64,000 nucleotides of DNA, taken from contig NC_057728.1 in the NCBI RefSeq assembly GCF_004010195.1, positions 48,327,549-48,391,548 on the forward strand, given 5' to 3'. Below are positions 1 through 12,450 of the stretch, one piece after another. The notes below the pieces were generated by a model. The model was not told where the DNA came from and did not search any database. It saw nothing but the letters and a program-made list of their open reading frames with translations. How positions within the stretch are numbered: the stretch's first letter is position 1; the number at the start of each line of letters is the position of its first letter. This DNA comes from Chiloscyllium plagiosum (taxonomy: Eukaryota). The position numbers were made by a program, and so were the translations under genes.

Positions 1-335
1 AACATAGAACATAGAACTTAGAAGAATACAGCGCAGTACAGGCCTTTTGGCCCTCGATGTTGTGCCGATCCAAGCCCACCTAACCTACACTAGCCCACTG
101 TCCTCCATATGCCTATCCAATGCCCGCTTAAATGCCCGTAAAGAGGGAGAGTCCACCACTGCTACTGGCAGGGCATTCCATGAACTTATGACTCGCTGAG
201 TGAAGAACCTACCCGTAACTTCAGTCCTATATCTACCCCCCCTTACTTTAAAGCTATGCCCCCTTGTAATACCCGACTCCATACGCGGGAAAAGGTTCAC
301 ACTGTCAACCCTATCTAACCCCCTAATCATCTTGT
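1..335 (-). mobile_element. CR1 LINE 3' end (RT C-terminus and tail)
   Basis: YKMIRGLDRVD...FFTQRVISSWNALP...FKRALDRHM; (TTCTATG)n tail at the window start. Confidence 0.9.
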
Positions 336-336
336 A

Positions 337-903
337 GTTCCGGAGTACTGAGGTCATGTTGCAGTTGTATAAGACTCTGGTGCGGCCTCGTCTGGAGTAT
401 TGTGTGCAGTTTTGGTCGCCATACTGTAGGAAGGATGTGGGGGCACTGGAACGGGTGCAGAGGAGGTTTACCTGGATGTTGCCTGGTATGGTAGGAAGTT
501 CGTATGAGGAAAGGCTGAGGCACTTGGGGCTGTTTTCATTGGAGAAAATAAGGTTTAGGGGTGACTTGATAGAGGTGTACAAGATGATTAGGGGTTTAGA
601 TAGGGTTGACCATGAGAACCTTTTTCCACGTATGGAGTCAGCTATTATGAGGGGGCATAGCTTTAAATTAAGGGGTGGTAGGTATAGGACAGATGTTAGG
701 GGTAGATTCTTTACTCAGCGAGTCGTGAGTTCATGGAATGCTCTGCCAGTAGCAGTGGTGGACTCTCCCTCTTTATGGGCATTTAAACGGGCATTGGATA
801 GGCATATGGAGGATAGTGGGCTAGTGTATGTTAGGTGGGCTTGGATCGGCACAACATCGAGGGCCAAAGGGCCTGTACTGCGCTGTATTTTTCTATGTTC
901 TAT
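337..903 (+). mobile_element. CR1 LINE 3' end (RT C-terminus and tail)
   Basis: ORF 356-931 LYKTLVRPRLEYCVQFWSP...; ttctatgttctat tail. Confidence 0.92.
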
Positions 904-1171
904 AGTAGGTCAAGTTTTGCACCTTCTCTAGTAGGTACATCCACATACTGAATCAGAAAATTTCTTGTACACACTTAATAAATTCTTCTCCACCTAACCA
1001 CTTAACACTATGGCAGTCCCAGTCTATGTTTAGAACGTTAAAATCCCCTACCATAACCACCCTATTATTCTTACAGAGATCTCTTTACAAATTTGTTTCT
1101 CAATTTCCCTCTGACTATTAGGGGATCTGTAATACAATCCCAATAAAGTGATCATCCCTTTCTTATTTCTA
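904..1171 (-). mobile_element. CR1 endonuclease (APE) fragment
   Basis: Minus strand RNKKGMITLLGLYYRSPNSQREIE...VVMVGDFN...QYVDVPTREGAKLDL. Confidence 0.8.
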
Positions 1172-1344
1172 AATGAGTCCTACATGATGCCCTTTCACTT
1201 ACTCTTGTGAAAAACATAGTCTAGGACCAAATATGTTGCTAATGTTTGTCAACCAAGACACATTAAACAGATTGGTCTCAATCTGGTACTTGTAACGTAA
1301 TTGGTACAATTAATCAATTCAATAGTGACAACACAAATTGGGGA

Positions 1345-2147
1345 TGTCATAATCCATCGCTGAATTTTGCAAACTTTAGAATGTTTTTTAGAAAATTGTA
1401 TTTATTTCCCTATGTAGTTACAGCATCAGCAAGCATCGATCATCATAATGAACTAATTGATACCCAGTAGCAGATTGAAATTATTAATTATTAAACTCAT
1501 GAAGAATTAATAACCCAACACATGTACACACAGACTTGAAGTAAGAGGTGAATCCAAAAAGACTTATTAAGAACAAATCAGTCTCTGAATTGTTCATGAA
1601 GAGTGAGTAGTTGAAAGCATTGACGTTGGCAGTTGAAAATTGGTTTCATGATCCTTAGTTTTGTTTGAGATTCTATCATTTGATTCCTTTCAATGAAGAT
1701 TGAATTCCAGCATTCAGAGTGAGAGAGAATGCTTTTGTTGTTCCTTTTTAAACTGGTTTACAGCAGTCAGAGTGAGAGAAGGACTTTATCTGCAACAGAG
1801 GGGTAACTAGGGAATAGGTCTTTAACTTTGATCTTCACAGCCTGCTAATAGTCAAAAACTGGCTGGGATACTCAATCATAGAGTTTTTCTTAATCTTTGT
1901 GTATTCTTCAAAGGGAAAGTGGGATATAATCCATAGGGTCTGGTCATCAATGCTTTGCTATTTTTGTAATCACATGAGATTACAGTCAGCTGTTTGAAGT
2001 CTCTTTGGCACCTTTAGGTGTTACATCTCACTCGCTTCCACATAGAATTTTTTTACAACTATTGTTATTTTGTCTCTGTAGCAGTTCTCTTTTAAGACTA
2101 TGAAATTAAAGGCTGAAAACACCTATAGTATTTTTGGAGTTCTGACA
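1345..2147 (-). mobile_element. Putative solo LTR
   Basis: TGTCATAATCC...TTCTGACA termini resembling those of 18695-19489; no clear TSD. Confidence 0.35.
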
Positions 2148-2244
2148 TGTCATCATAACCATTGAGATTTTTATATTGGGATAGATGTAAAACAGGCTGT
2201 TAATTTGTAATTGCATTCAGTCAAAACCTAATCCCTGTAGTCAG

Positions 2245-2350
2245 AGGCTCCGAAAGCTAGTGTGCTTCCAATTAAACCTGTTGGACTATAACCTGGTGTT
2301 GTGTGATTTTTAACTTTGTACACATCAGTCCAACATCGGCATCTCCAAAT
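2245..2350 (+). mobile_element. Penelope-like element 3' fragment
   Basis: ccgaaagctagtgtgcttccaattaaacctgttggactataacctggtgttgtg, shared with 17875-18075 and 29903-30102. Confidence 0.65.
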
Positions 2351-2499
2351 ACTGTCTGTGATATATTACACAACGGGAAACACAGAATGAGAGCAGCTAA
2401 CCCTGAAACGTTGGACATGGAAGCCTCTGCAATGCACCTGAACCTCTCAATGTGTCCTTAATGTCTTTCACAAACACAAAGGAAGTTGAGAGACTTTAT

Positions 2500-2775
2500 T
2501 TTATTCAATTGTGGAATGTGGGCATCGCTGTCTGTCCTGCATTTTTATTGCCCATTCCTAAGTGACCATGAGAAGGTGATGGTGAGCTGCCTTCTTCAAC
2601 TGATGTAGTCCACATGCTGTAGGTTGACTAACAATGCCCTAAGGAAGGTAATTCCTGGATTTTGGCCCAGCGACAGTGAAAGAATAACAATATATTTCTA
2701 ACTCAGGATGGTGAGTTCCTCGGACGGGAATTTGTAGGTAGTAATTTTCCCATGTATCTGATGACCTTGTCCTCA
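2500..2775 (-). mobile_element. L2/CR1-group LINE 3' fragment
   Basis: Resembles LINE 3' ends elsewhere in the window; ORF 2639-2971 ends HHPELEIYCYSFTVAGPKSRNYLP. Confidence 0.55.
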
Positions 2776-3007
2776 GGGCTGATCTGTAGGGGATGGCTTC
2801 TTTAACATGTTTAGAGTGGAAGCTAGAGAAGTACAGCATCATGAGGTCATCTGTAGAGTGAGGTACTGAGGTGCCTGAACTTGATGGAAATGCGTGGATC
2901 CAAGAATAATACTGATTCTGAACAATACTCCATGGCAAGTCTGTTGGTGGGATAAAATTTGTTGATACCATTGTGTAGACGTTTCAGTGACTCCTTGCCA
3001 TGAATGC

Positions 3008-3318
3008 GGACGGCACGGTGGCACAGTGGTTAGCACTGCTGCCTCACAGCGCCAGAGACACAGGTTCAATTCCCGCCTCAGGCAACTGTCTGTGTGGAGT
3101 TTGCACATTCTCCCTGGGTCTGCGTGGGTTTCCTCCGGGTGCTCCGGTTTCCTCCCACAGTCCAAAAATGTGCATGTCAGGTAGATTGGCCATGCTAAAT
3201 TGTGTTAGGTGAAGGGGTAAATGTAGGGGAATGGGTCTGGGTGGGTTGCTCTTCGGAGGGTCGTTGTGGACTTGTTGGGCCAAAGGGCCTGTTTCCACTT
3301 GGTAAGTAATCTAATCTA
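3008..3318 (+). mobile_element. HE1-type tRNA-derived SINE
   Basis: A box TGGCACAGTGG, B box GGTTCAATTCC, central tgtggagtttgcacattctcc domain, (TAATC)n tail. Confidence 0.85.
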
Positions 3319-4031
3319 GTCAAAAGAAGAAACTGTCATCAAAAACCTCACAATGATGCACTTCTTCAGCTTCTACCAGCCCTGCACATACACAGGATCT
3401 GCTCAGACGAGGTGTCACTGGTGTCAACACCAATCTGCACTTAGTTACCACATAGTGGTTAAATCTCAGCTCCAATCTCCACTGAACCACAAACCAGATT
3501 CAATCCAGTCGAGGTAGGTGGGGGAGGTGTGCTCCTACAGCTAGCAGTGTTTACTTTTTTAGCAGGTGATCCAGTAAGCATCATCTTTATACCCCCTGTC
3601 CATCTACTGGTTGTTGGATGCTTCCACCATTTAATTAGCCAGGTCTCAATTACCTCCAGCCAGTCAGCTACTCTCTCAATTCATAAGCTGATGGGTGGTT
3701 AGTACCCACACTCGATTGGTCCAGGCAGGCATGGTCTCAGAGGCAGAAACCAGGGAGGTGAGAATGGTGGTTGGAACTGCAGAAAGTAAGGGACACTTAT
3801 GCCCCTTCTTGACCCATAAGTGCACGTTTAGCAGCCACATCCCCATCGGAGTGGTTTTCACTGAGGAGAAGGCATAACCATGAGTCTGCGGCTAGGAGAC
3901 CTTCTGAGACCTAGTAATGGGATACGATGTGCTCACTGTCCCTCAATCTAAGCAGGCTCCTCAGCCGCCCTTAAAAAAATTCAACTGTATTAACATTCTC
4001 AGATTTATATTTCACCATATTTATGGAAAAG

Positions 4032-4114
4032 TTCAGGAACAATTACACCAAACCCCACCCCCAAACTCCCTTCAGGAACAATTAGACCGAACCCCACCCC
4101 CAAGTTCCCTTCAG
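4032..4114. repeat. 39-bp tandem repeat (about 2.1 copies)
   Basis: ttcaggaacaattacaccaaaccccacccccaaactccc repeats at 4071 with a few substitutions. Confidence 0.85.
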
Positions 4115-5147
4115 TGTGATTTAGTTGATACAGCTAGGATTTAACTCCCTGAAGCCGTTCCAGGTGACATTCGATGGCAACAACAATGACATCCATTCTT
4201 CCATAACATAGAACAAAAATGTCCTGAGGTGTTTCCACATGAGTGCAGAAATTCCTGTCTCCCACCATGTTAAATAATCTGTAAACCTACTAATGCCATA
4301 AAATACATTTATGTAGTAGCTCCCTCATAGTGCTATCCCAACTTTGACAGATGACCTGAGGAAATCTTGGAAAAATAATCCAAATAAATTCACTACCCCC
4401 CACTCCTCCCTACCCCAAACACCACATCAGAGACCCTCTTCGAATGCCAGACTCTGTTTAATGGAAAGATTTTTACTTAGCTCCTCCCCAGATTCCATTT
4501 AGCCAACTGACAGGGCTTGTCCCCAGGGTTTCCAAATTAGTAAACATCCCTTTCCTATGAATTGAAATTACACAGGCTCTTAAATACAGTTCCAATCAAA
4601 CAAATCCTTGACTCCCCTGACAGTCTCACACATCATGGTTACCTTACACAAGCTGTTCACTGAAAATTAAGCCTGGATCTCCAGGGAAAGACACTGGGGA
4701 ACTGAAGCAACCTGAAACTCAGCAGCAGAAGGAATCTGTCCCAGCTAACAGGGAAGATATATAGCAAATAACTAGACGACACTCAAAAAGGATTATGATC
4801 TTGCCTAACCACCAAATTATTGCCTCTCCAAACCTTTCATATAAACAACTCATACCAGCTCCCCACAATTAGGTAACTGACAAAAGAACCATAGAAGATA
4901 CTAACTCACATTTAATATTTATTGTTCAGGATAAGCTACAATGCTATCTCTGCTTGTTCGAATGTGCTTTTCAGAGTTCCTATTTATTCTTCCCGCTAAT
5001 CTATATAGATATCACTTCACCCAATTACCTTCCTTCATTGTCCTTACACCATTTCTTTCACAGTCACCCAATATAATAAATTAAGAAGATACAGAGGCTT
5101 GTTCACTCAGGTCTCAGGTATCCTACTTTCCATACTGCTTCAATTTT

Positions 5148-5443
5148 GGGTGGCATGGTGCCTCAGTGGTTAGCATTGCTGCCTCACAGTGCCAGAGACC
5201 CAAGTTTGATTCCAGCATCAGACGACTGTCTGTGTGGAGTTTGCACATTCTCACCGTGTCTGCATGGGTTTCCTCCCACAGTCCAAAGATGTGCAGGTTA
5301 GGTGAATTGGCCATGCTAAATTGCCCATAGTATTAGGAGCATCTGTCAGAGGGAAATGGGTTTGGGTGGATTACTCTTCAGAATGTTGGTGTGGACTTGT
5401 TGGGCCGAAGGGCTGTTTCCACACTTTAGGGAATCTAATCTAT
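5148..5443 (+). mobile_element. HE1-type SINE
   Basis: Same head, body and tail as 3008-3318. Confidence 0.85.
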
Positions 5444-5949
5444 CAGTTCACACTTTCAGCAAGCCGTAATATTTTTAAAAAGGTAAAAATCTAAATGTCC
5501 GATGTTCCATTTCAGCAACAGGGGACAACGTGAGATGTACGGCTATAACAAATTATTGGTCAAAGATAAAGTTGTGTTTTAATTAACTGAATAGATTGGG
5601 GTGCCTTGAAAGAATTCAAACATCATGGTAGACTGGTGCAAGCTATACTATGTAACCTTGTGACGAGATATCATAGATATCATGTAAAAAAAAATCTGAG
5701 TACAGCGAGGGGACTTTCTTGTGAGATATTGGATTGCTATTTTCTCTGGTTTGCTGAAAAATCATAAGGCAGTGGAATAAGTTGCCTACACGGCAAGGAT
5801 ACTCCTAAATCTCAATGATATTGTTTACATTAATATCCAAAATACTGCTCCACCCACAACCTACCACAAGAGATCAGCTTCATTATTTAGTTCTATGTAC
5901 CTTCTTACGTTTAATTGTCAGATCTCTCTCTGCAATATAAAACTAATTT

Positions 5950-6135
5950 AGTGGTTAGCACTGCTGCCTCACAGCGCCAGAGACCTGGGTTTGATTCCAG
6001 TCTTGGGTGACTGTGTGTGTGTAGTTTCCACGTTCTCCCCGTGTTTACGTGGGTTTCCTCCCACAGTCCAAAGATGTGCCGGTTAGGTGGATTGGCCATG
6101 CTAAATTACCCATGGTGTCCAAGGATGTGCAGGTT
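5950..6135 (+). mobile_element. HE1-type SINE, truncated
   Basis: agtggttagcactgctgcctcacagcgccagaga head and body; partly duplicated downstream. Confidence 0.8.
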
Positions 6136-6480
6136 AATCCACCACTCTCTTTTTATTATGAACATTCTCTTGAAAGAAAATTAGTTTTGAAGACGTTTAA
6201 GAATTTCTCTTATTGTTTGTTTGTCTGCCTTACCTCTGACCCTTATCCCATCTGCGTGGTTTTCCCGTGTTTGCGTGGGTTTCCTCCCACAGTCCAAAGA
6301 TGTGCCGGTTAGGTGGATTGGCTATGCTAAATTGCCCATGGTGTCCAAGGATGTGCAGGCTAATCCACCACTCTCTTTTTATTATGAACATTCCCTTGAA
6401 AGAAAATTAGTTTTGAAGACGTTTAAGAATTTTTTTTATTGTTTGTTTGTCTGCCTTACCTCTGACCCTTATCCCATCTG
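6038..6480. repeat. 226-bp-period tandem duplication
   Basis: 6038-6254 repeats at 6264-6480 with few differences. Confidence 0.92.
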
Positions 6481-6884
6481 TATTTCCTAACCTTTTCTTA
6501 ATATTACATACATAGTTTAAATCTAATTCATTTTTCCTCCCAGGTTTAGACGTTATGGGCTGAATCTTAGTTTTTTTTGGCTAAGTGCCAATCACTGAGT
6601 TTTTTGGAGAGTCCTTCACCATGAGGCCTAGAGGGACTTTTCATCACAACTTACCAAACTCATCTTATCATTATGGTAACTCTCTTGTCCAATACACAGC
6701 CCACTTTCCCACGTGCTGTTTCTGGAACAATCCACCAGGAAATCCCAGATTTCCCTGGTGCTGGCATCATCTTTAAAAGCCCATTGTACAGCCAACGAGT
6801 ACAGCCAATCCAGAGCTGTCCTGCATGGTTCTTGACATTTGCCCTAAACACAGCACACAAGCAAAACTTAGTGGCTGGCTAGTG

Positions 6885-7067
6885 AATAGGGACTTGGAGG
6901 TCCTGTTGGATGAAGTGGTGCAGAGGCAGGATGTCATCTTCTCTCAGGAGTAGCAGAAGAGGCCACAAGACCAGACCATGCCAGCCTGCCCTGTGATTGT
7001 CAACCAGGTGAGAGCCTAACCATCTGAATGGAGGAATGCATAGTTCTGTAAGAAGAAGGTCAATCTC
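6885..7067 (+). pseudogene. Harbinger-type Myb/SANT-like DNA-binding protein remnant
   Basis: NRDLEVLLDEVVQRQDVIFSQE*QKRPQDQTMPACPVIVNQVRA*PSEWRNA*FCKKKVNL with stops; probable continuation near 9340-9430 (RKKTAPRR...LPDIQLLT). Confidence 0.55.
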
Positions 7068-7201
7068 TATGTCACCAGCAGAAGTGTCACCACCTTCTCT
7101 CTGATTTCTCACACTCAGTCTATCTCTGATGCTACGCCTGCCTCCCACCTAGGATTATGCCGCCACACTTACTAATGCCTGCAACTTTTACCCATCACCC
7201 A

Positions 7202-8574
7202 TGTGATGATGCTGTGCCTTTAAGAGATGTGTTTTATGCTGTTTCTCAGGCACAGGGTGCCAAGATGTCTCCACCCAGCAGGCAGTTTGCAAATAGAAAT
7301 TGCTGGAAAAGCTCAGCAGGTCTGTGAGAAGAAATCAGAGTTAGCGTTTGGGGTCAAGGGATTTCTCTCCACAGATGCTGCCAGATCTGCAGAGCTTTTC
7401 CAGTTATTTCTGTCTTTGTTTCTGTTTTACAGCATCCACAATTTTTTTGTTCTTTTTTAAGTTTGTAAATAACTTTGATTTCGCCCAGCGTGTTTTTTTT
7501 TAGGAGTAAGACAAAAGAATCAGGAGTGCACTGGGTCAGGCACATACAGACCCTGAGGAGTTTGGTTTTGCTTTCTGTTGTTTTTTTTTGGTAGTTAGCT
7601 GCTGCAGCAGACAGCTAGAGTTCTCTCTGCTGCTAGACTTAGACAGAGAGTTTTCCTCTTAGATATCAGAAGGGGCACTTACTGTTATGTAGCACAGATC
7701 AGGTAAGGATGGCAGTTTCCTTCCCTAAAGGACATTATTAAACTATAGTTTTTCCCAACAAGTGACAATGGATTCATGGTCATCATTAATCTTAATTCCA
7801 GACTTTTTTTTATTCAATTCAAATTTCACCATGTGCCATAGCAGGATTGCATTGTAAGAATAAAGTGTGTTTTGATTAAAGCTTAGTGGTGGACTAATTG
7901 AATCATATCTGGAAAAAAGTATCTTACACTTGCTCTTAATTTAAAGTTAGTGTCTAGGCTATCTCCATGATATATTTTGGGAGAGTGTGGTGATACAATG
8001 GCTTTAAGAGGTGCATTTTATCCTGTTTATTTCTGTGAAGAAAGGTTGAGACAGAAGTAACGTCCTGTCATCTCAAAGCCAGTAGAGTAAACAGAGGTGT
8101 TGCACTTCTCTTTAAAAAGTTGGAATGATAGAAGCAGCCTGATTGGGTGGAGTCAAGCTCCCACAGAACCAGGATTTTCAGTTTTAACTTTCTTCAGTTG
8201 CTGGGATGTTGAAACTGGGAGCTCTTCTTCCTCTCTGTTACAGCTAAAAGCTGGGATTCTCTTCCTGCTGCTAAAATTGCATGTGACATAATCTATTTGC
8301 CTTTACCAAGGGTGTGTTTATGGGATGTTACTATATTTGAACTCAGCAGTAGTTAAGACAAACATTATTTTGTTAAACATTGCAATAGAGTTGCATTTAA
8401 GCCTTTTATTTTGTCTGCATTTTTACTGTAGTGTAAAAATAATGTGTTTTGCGTAAAGTTGGCAGTTTGACCAATTGAATTGCAATGCCTTACACTTACC
8501 TTTAAAATAAGAAAAAGCTTGGGTCTAGACTATCTTCTTACATATTTTGAGGGGGTTCGGTCTAGTCCATAACA
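7202..8574 (+). mobile_element. Two adjacent related LTR-like units (about 7202-7988 and 7989-8574), the first with nested insertions
   Basis: Both start TG(T)GAT...ctttaagag and share a 3' gtctag(g/a)ctatct...atattttg motif; the second ends CATAACA. Confidence 0.5.
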
Positions 8575-8591
8575 GGAGGCTGGTCTGTGCT

Positions 8592-9205
8592 CTAATCCTC
8601 AAAGTTGCCACCCAAGTGGATAGGGTTGTTAAGAAAGCATATGGTGTTTTGGCTTTCATTAACAGGGGGATCGAGTTTAAGAGCCACGAGGTTTTGCTAC
8701 AGCTCTACAAGTCCCTGGTGAGACCACACTTGGAGTATTGTGTCCAGTTCTGGTTGCCCTACTATAGGAAAGATACAGAGACTTTAGAGAGGGTGCAAAG
8801 AAGGTTTACCAGGATGCTGCCTGGAGGTTGAATAAGCTCGGACTTTTCTCTCTGGAGAGAAGGAGGAGGAGAGGAGACCTGATCGAGGTATACAAGACAA
8901 TGCATGGAATAGCTAGAGTCAGTAGCCAGAGACTTTTCCCCAGGACAGGATTGACTGGTACAAGGAGTCATAGTTTGAAGATATTAGGAAGAAGGTATAA
9001 AGGATATGTCAGAGGTAGGTTCTTTACGCAGAGAGTTGTGGCAGTGGAAGCAGAGTCTTTAGAGACATTTAAGCAACTGCTGGACATGCACATGGATAGC
9101 AGTGAGTTGAGGGGTGCATTGGTTTAGCTATTAGATTTTACATTAGGATTAAACCTCGGCACAACATCGTGGGCCAAAGGGCCTGTTCTATGTTCTATGT
9201 TCTAT
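8592..9205 (+). mobile_element. CR1 LINE 3' fragment
   Basis: ORFs 8547-8831 and 8828-9127 (RT C-terminus); (TTCTATG)n tail. Confidence 0.9.
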
Positions 9206-9904
9206 AACCTTTGGCACCACTAACATTGCATCACCTTAGTGCTAACTAAACACTTGCTCTGGTCACCTCCCCAGTTGCACAAAGATGGACAGCTGTGCCA
9301 TTCACTTTTATTTTCCTGTAAGATTCAACTTTCGCTGATGCCAGGAAGAAAACAGCCCCCAGAAGGGCTCAACACAGATGTGAACTGCCTGATATTCAGC
9401 TCCTCACCTGATATGTGGAGAACAAGCTGACTCTGACCACCCTGAGTGGCTGAATGACCAGATCCAAGTTCCTGAACTGGTTTTTGAGCCTTCCATTGAG
9501 CCCCTGAAGAAAGGCTTTCCCCCTTGACTTGACTGAGGCCTTCTGAAAAGGTCCCTTCCTTTGTGTCTGCACTAAATAACACAGCAAGCCATGAGGAATA
9601 CAAACCAGTTATCTCTGTGTGAAAGTGCTAAGTGCAAAAAACACAGGGTAAGGCAAGCAAGAGCTCCTGAGGTTGAGATTGCACTTAACAGACTTCTCAT
9701 CTGATTCTGCTACAAATCTCACCAGAGCCTACTTTGCTCAGTCCCCTATATAATTCTGTCCCTTGACCTCAGTATGTCAAGCAGTGCTGTATTCTCTACA
9801 AAGCGAAGTCAATTCTATGAAATATGAAAATAACTAGTTTTTTCTATCTCTGATATAAAGCAGGCACAAAGAGCAGTATCACCAGCATATATGTTGTACT
9901 GTTG

Positions 9905-10095
9905 TTGGAAAAATACAGGTCAAGAAGCATCCGAGGAGCAGGAGAATTGACATTTCGGGCATAAGCCCTTCATCAGGAATTTCATGCCTGAAACGTCGAT
10001 TCCCCTGCTCCTTGGATGCTGGCTGACCTGTTGTGCTTTTCCAGCACCACACTCTCGACTCTGATTTTCAGCATCTGCAGTCCTCACTTTTTCCC
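9905..10095. mobile_element. Palindromic Penelope-like mini element
   Basis: Inverted arms gcatccgaggagcagg...ttcatcagg and ...gaaacgtcgattcccctgctccttggatgc. Confidence 0.75.
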
Positions 10096-10464
10096 TTATA
10101 ATTGTCTGTTTGTAAAATAATCAAATGTGTTGTTTGCAGTTAACAACAAAAAAAGATTATCTACAACACACTACAGAATTAACATGTGCTTTTAGGGGTA
10201 TCTGGTTTATCTGTAGTAGATCATTTTTGACAGGAAAACCTTGTGTATTTTATGAATTTTTTTTTGCATGATTAAATTTTATGGACAAATGGAAATTATA
10301 TTAGACCAAAGAAATCAGCACTTGCATGGCTTTTATTCTGACCAAGCAATTGGAGGGAACTTTACTGAACTTCAGATGCCACATTCAGACATTTAACGGG
10401 CTGGGCAAGGTGTCACAAATAGATTGTTACAGGATTATGAGGAAACCCAACTGGTACAGTTTCA

Positions 10465-10650
10465 TGTTGAGAGTGTGGCACTGAAAAAGCACAGCATCTG
10501 GCAGCATCCGGGGAGCAGGAAAATCGAGGTTTCAGGCAAAAGCCCTTCATCAGCCCTAAATGTCGATTTTCCTGCTCCTCAGATGCTGCCTGACCTGTTC
10601 TGCTTTTCCAGCACTAATCTCCAGCATCTGCAGTCCTCACTTTCTCCTAG
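10465..10650. mobile_element. Palindromic Penelope-like mini element
   Basis: Same family and inverted layout as 9905-10095. Confidence 0.75.
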
Positions 10651-12017
10651 CTCAGTTTAGTGACAAATGAAGAGCAGGTTTGAATTGTCGGTCTTTGCCC
10701 AATAGAAGATTGATTGAAATCACTGACAACAAACTCTTCCAGCCTGCAGAGAGAGGAGAATGCATTCTCATCGGCTCAAAATGAATATAAAACCACCCAA
10801 ACATGAAAAATAAAATCAATTCTTCTTTGACTTTTAAGTTCATGAGAGAGGTCAATGGGATTCATTATGATTTAATTGTTGGCAAAGTTTTTGCACTATT
10901 TGATGACAGCATAAAGTCTATGATTCTGTCCTACCATTTAAAAAGGTGGGCACACATTTCCAATGAAGAATGTAAAAAACAAAGAGTAACTATGATAAGA
11001 AAGCAATATGAAAGTGGAATGCCAGTCCAGGAATGCACAATGGGTCAACTGGCCTCCTTCAGTGCCATAAATTCCACTCTATTGCAAAATCAGTTATTAC
11101 AATAGATTTCCAACCACAATCTTGGCTTTCTTTAGCAAAATGTCTGCATAACTTACTAAAACTTCATATCCTCAATCCAACCATTAACAGCTGGTTCACC
11201 AATGCCCTACCCTCCATCAGAAGTTGCTATCAGACTGTTCCATAATGTTCAGCTCCAGACAGAATTCAGTCAATACTGGGGCAGTTCAATTCGACAGGTC
11301 TTATATACCATGCATCCTGAGCTAACAGTCAGATAGTATTGATGCCAAATAATTATCTACATATACAAGACGACATTAAGTCATCTCCCCTTGACTCACA
11401 ATGGCACCATCATTACAGGGTAATGATAAGGGGCGGAAGGCTGAGAAAGGATATGTGGAAAACATCGCAGAGAATGGTGGGAAGCTGGAACTCACTGGCT
11501 ACAAGGATTATGGACGCAGAAACACTCATACATTTAAGAAGTATTTAGATGTGCACCTGCGACATCAAGGCATACAAGGCTATAGGTCAAGTGTTAGAAA
11601 ATGGAATTAGAGAAATTAGGTAGTTGTTTTTGACTGGTACGGACATGCTGAACCAAATAGGCCTTTTTCTCTGCTTTAGATCTCTGTGACCCACTGACAA
11701 ATCTGTGAAAGTTCGGTCATGATCAGTCAGATACTTAACTGAATCAGTTATAGCAGCACTATGGCTACCAGAAAAGGACAAAAAAATCTTATTACTTCAC
11801 CTCCTGGGCCTCCAAAATCTAATAAGACTCAAGTGAGGAGAGTGATGGAATACTTGCTACTGATCTGGATGGATACAAGTGTAACATTATTCAGACATTT
11901 GACAGTATCCAATAATTTGATTAGTTAGCACCCCCACCCATTCCCTTCCTCAGCACTATACCATGGCTGCAGTATGATCTATTGGGCACATTACAACAAC
12001 TTACCAAAGTTATAAGA

Positions 12018-12450
12018 TCATAAGACATAGGAGCAGAAGTAAGGCCATTTGGCCCATTGTGACATCAAGAATTTATCAATTTCTGCCTTGAAGACATTTA
12101 GCGTCCCAGCCTCCACTGCACTCTGCGGCAATGAATTCCACAGGCCCACCACTCTCTTGCTGAAGAAATGTCTCCGCATTTCTGTTCTGAATTTACCCCC
12201 TCTAATTCTAAGGCTGTGTCTACGGGTCCTAGTCTCCTCGCCTAACGGAAACAATTTTCTAGCATCCACCCTCTCCAAGCCATGTATTATCTTGTAAGTT
12301 TCTATTAGATCTCCCCTTAATCTTCTAAACTCCAATGAATACAATTCCAGGATCCTCAGCTGTTCCTCATATGTTAGACCTACCATTCCAGGGATCATCC
12401 GTGTGAATCTTCGCTGGACACGCTCCAGTGCCAGTATGTCCTTCCGTAGG
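12018..12450 (-). mobile_element. CR1 LINE 3' fragment inserted into an older L2-like fragment
   Basis: ORF 12018-12398 SLEFRRLRGDLIETYKI...FFSKRVVGLWNSLP. Confidence 0.88.

Noticed and set aside
85..582. 165-aa ORF spanning the inverted CR1 junction
   Set aside because: Antisense CR1 text fused by chance to sense RT C-terminus.
3008..3080. tRNA-like A/B boxes
   Set aside because: These are SINE heads continuing into SINE body and tail, not tRNA genes.
4032..4114. Direct repeats as a possible CRISPR-like array
   Set aside because: Two contiguous copies with no spacers, in eukaryotic DNA.
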